The translations under genes and the position numbers were made by a program. Shown piece by piece: positions 60,514 to 64,000 of a DNA stretch of 64,000 bases. This DNA comes from the human T2T-CHM13v2.0 reference genome, Homo sapiens: NCBI RefSeq assembly GCF_009914755.1, contig NC_060930.1; one strand, given 5' to 3'. Position 1 is the first letter of the stretch. Each line of letters begins with the position of its first letter. The notes below the pieces were generated by a model. It was not told where the DNA came from. It saw only the letters and a program-made list of their open reading frames with translations, and searched no databases.

Positions 60514-62065
60514 GTGAATTGACTCAAACAATTGCATCTGGACTAGTAGTTTTCATGTGCATCCTAGCCATTGTATTTTGTCTCTAACAGCAAAGGGAAG
60601 AGGTGTCTCCTTTGACTTTCTTCCAGAATCTAGTTTGAAACTCAGCCAATTTTTGGGTCTAGAGCAAAATCATTCTTCTTTGTGGACCATTTGAAATCAA
60701 TTTTAAGATATTTCTCACTTCAAGGAAGAAACCATAACAATATGGGTTGAGAATGAAAGAATGAAGAATCAGGAATAGCCAACATTTATCCCCAATAGTG
60801 TTTAAATTGTTGATACTCTCCATAAAAGAGAGAGGGAAAGGACACAGTGAAGAGCCAGAGTGCTAGACACTAAATAAGTACCTCTTGTTCGATCAGTGGA
60901 GTTGTCTGTGCTGTCAAAGAAGTTCAGACTAGGCTGTTTCACATCAGCATCACAGTGGCAAGCCTGCAGCTCTATGGTCAAATTTTTTCTGGCAGTAAGG
61001 AAAGTAGTGATAGGAATACAACATATGTCAAAATTATGAGAGGCTCCAACTTACACTATAAACACTGTGAAAGAAAATCGGATATTACATAATTGCCCTA
61101 AACAGAAAGAGGATTCTAGGAACCGCCCCCCAGATCTCTAGTTCATCAGCACAGGACAGCAGAACTAAACAAGAAAATCTTCAGTTATGTGAGGATCAAG
61201 GGGAAAAAATCTTGACCAGGCAGGAGGTACAGAAAAGCGTTTCCAGTTTTACCTTTCTAGAACTATGTTAGGAGGAGGGCTGTGCAGTTAGAGTGGCAAA
61301 AATTGGAGGACTCCCCTAGGGTCTAGAGTGCTGGCCACAGCATTTGCTTCCAGGTGTCACTAGATTATTGAAATGGGTAATTGCCCACTGGATAACTCTT
61401 GCAGCCACCGTGCCCAGCCAAGACTTCCTATTTTTTTTTGAAAAATCTTTGGTTACACTTGGAATTGTCAGATTTTTAATTGTTGCCAATATGTTGAGTG
61501 TGAAATGATATCTTGGTTTACTTGGTATTACCCTAAATACTATTGAGGTTGAGCATATTTAATGGCTATTTTGGTTTCCTCTGTGTAGAATTGCTTGTTT
61601 ATATCATTTACCTGTATCATTTACCCATATCATTGCCTGTTCATATCATTTGCCCATATCATCCCTTTATTTGTTTGGATGGCTTGATGTTATCATACTA
61701 CATTTTTGGAGGTTAAATAATATTTTCCTGATATTAATCCTATGTTGGTCCCCATTGTGTCATGTTTCATTTGGTATAGTGCCTTTAGTCATGTGGAAAT
61801 TTAAGTTTTTAATGTAGATAAATATATTGATTACAAATGTTAATCCAGCCTCAACCTAGCTATCCCCAGTGACTATAAATATAAACTCTGTGCTTTTTGT
61901 ATTTTACTTATTAAATGCTTTCCTACTCCAGTGTTACAAAGGCATTCTCTTAAATTCTTTATTTATTTTAAATAGTGAATATAACACAAAAATGAATATG
62001 ATGAAAGGAACAAACTGTAAAATGAACACCTGTGTAACCTTTGCACAAGTTAAGAAATAGAACAT

Positions 62066-62209
62066 GGCTAGGCATGGTGGCTCATGCTTGTAATCCCAGC
62101 ACTTTGGGAGCCCAAGGCAAGAGGATCGCTTGAGCCCAGGAGTTCAGGACCAGCCTGGGGAACACAGTGAGACCCAGCCTCAAAATAAATAAATAAAGAA
62201 AAGAAAAAA
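62066..62209 (+). mobile_element. Alu monomer (FLAM)
   Basis: Single left monomer plus A-rich tail. Confidence 0.85.
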
Positions 62210-63143
62210 CATAGACCATTACCAGCGCCTTAAAATGTCCTTGCGTTTCTCTTCCCAGTTTTAAACAGCTTTTCTTCCCCCTAGTGGTAACTATTATCTT
62301 GATAATTATGCTTTTCAATTCCATGTTTTTCTTTCTAGTTTTACCCTGTCTCCTACATTTTCTTTTAGAAATGTTACCATTTTATTTTTAACATTTAGGT
62401 GTTTAATCCATCTGGAATTGTGCGTGTGTGTATGATGGGAGGCAGAAATCTAATTTTGTGTTTTTCATGTACCTGTAGTTAGCCAATTGTCTCGATTTAA
62501 GATTCTCTGTTAAATTGTTTAATAGTCCATTTTCTTCTAACATATTTGTAATATAACCTCTGTCATATATAAAGTTGTTAGACCCTTTTGTTTGTCTCAC
62601 TGGTGTATTTATTTATTTTTTATACTATGCTGTACTGCTTTAATTCTGTAGCGTTTTACTAAACCAACATTTGGCATGCCAAGTCTTTTCTCTGTTTTTC
62701 CTCAAAATTACATTGACTGTTTCAGGCTAATTGTTTTTCAAAATTAATTTTAAGACTAATTTTTAAAGTATCATGAAAAACCCTATTGAGATTTTGATTA
62801 GAATTTCATTGAATGTGTACATGAATTTAGAGAAAACTGCCATCTTTGTATAATTGAATTTTCCATCCATGAACATGATATACCTCCCCATTTAGGTAGG
62901 TTTTCTGTGTGTGTAAAATAAGTTTTAAAATTCTCTCCAAAAAGGTTTTGCATATCTTTCATTAGATTAATTTCTAGTTATCTTATCACTGTTTTTCTTT
63001 GCTGTTGTAAATTGTATCTTTTTGGAAATTAAATTTTCAGATTGCAAGATAGCTTGTAAAGAAGTGATACTAATTTTTATGTATAGATCTAGCAACTTTA
63101 CTGAATTGCTCACGTTTATTAATTGTAAAAAGTTTGTCTTTAG

Positions 63144-63454
<311 letters not shown>

Positions 63455-63663
63455 TTAGATATGCTAGTTTAAAAATGTAGCAAACTATATCATCTGTGAT
63501 TATGCCATTTTTGGTTTTTTATTTCCAATTCTTAATGCCTTCTGTTTCTTTAGTTACCTTGTTCTGGGATATCTATTACCAGGTGGAATAGAAGTGGGTG
63601 GTGATTGTGGCAAACTTATCATGTCCTTGGTTTTAAAGTGATATTTTCTAAAATGTCACCTTT

Positions 63664-63986
63664 GGCCAGGTATGGTTACTCATGCCTGTAATCCCAACAC
63701 TTTGGGAAACTGAGGCAGGAGGATCGCTTCAGCCCAGGAGTTTGAGACCAGCTGGGCAACATAGTGACATGCTATCTCTACAAAAAATTAAGAATTAGCT
63801 GTCTGTGGTAGCACTTGCCCGTAGTCCTAGCTACTCAGTAGGATGAGGCGGGAGGATTGCTTCAGCCCAGGAGGTTAAGGCTGCAGTGCACTGTGATTGT
63901 GCCACTGCACTCTAGCGTAGGCAGCAGAGCGAGACCCTGCCTCAAAACAACAAACATACAAACAAAAAAACCCCAAAACCAAAAAA
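63664..63986 (+). mobile_element. AluJ-type
   Basis: Sense Alu. Confidence 0.9.
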
Positions 63987-64000
63987 CTACCTCCCCCCCG

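Overview
Human (or very close primate) genomic DNA, recognisable as the 6p21.2 GLO1–DNAH8 locus. Two genes point away from each other, with about 12 kb between their CpG-island promoters. On the minus strand, GLO1 (glyoxalase I) exons 1–5 splice with GT–AG junctions into codons 1–155; exon 6 lies left of the window, and this haplotype encodes Ala111. On the plus strand, DNAH8 (axonemal dynein heavy chain 8) has a non-coding exon 1 and coding exons 2–7 (codons 1–372), and the gene continues past the window. The rest is mostly transposon-derived: about 35 Alus, old L1 fragments, MaLR/ERV1/ERVK LTRs (including a three-level nested stack) and hAT fragments. I see no novel protein-coding system, RNA gene or CRISPR array. 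The most interesting unexplained items are a candidate alternative last exon in GLO1 intron 5, a stop-free DNAH8 5' leader in frame with the ATG, several short locally templated insertions or fold-back scars, and a double Alu insertion at a palindromic target. Repeat subfamily names are from memory of consensus sequences and need RepeatMasker/Dfam confirmation; repeat boundaries are approximate.
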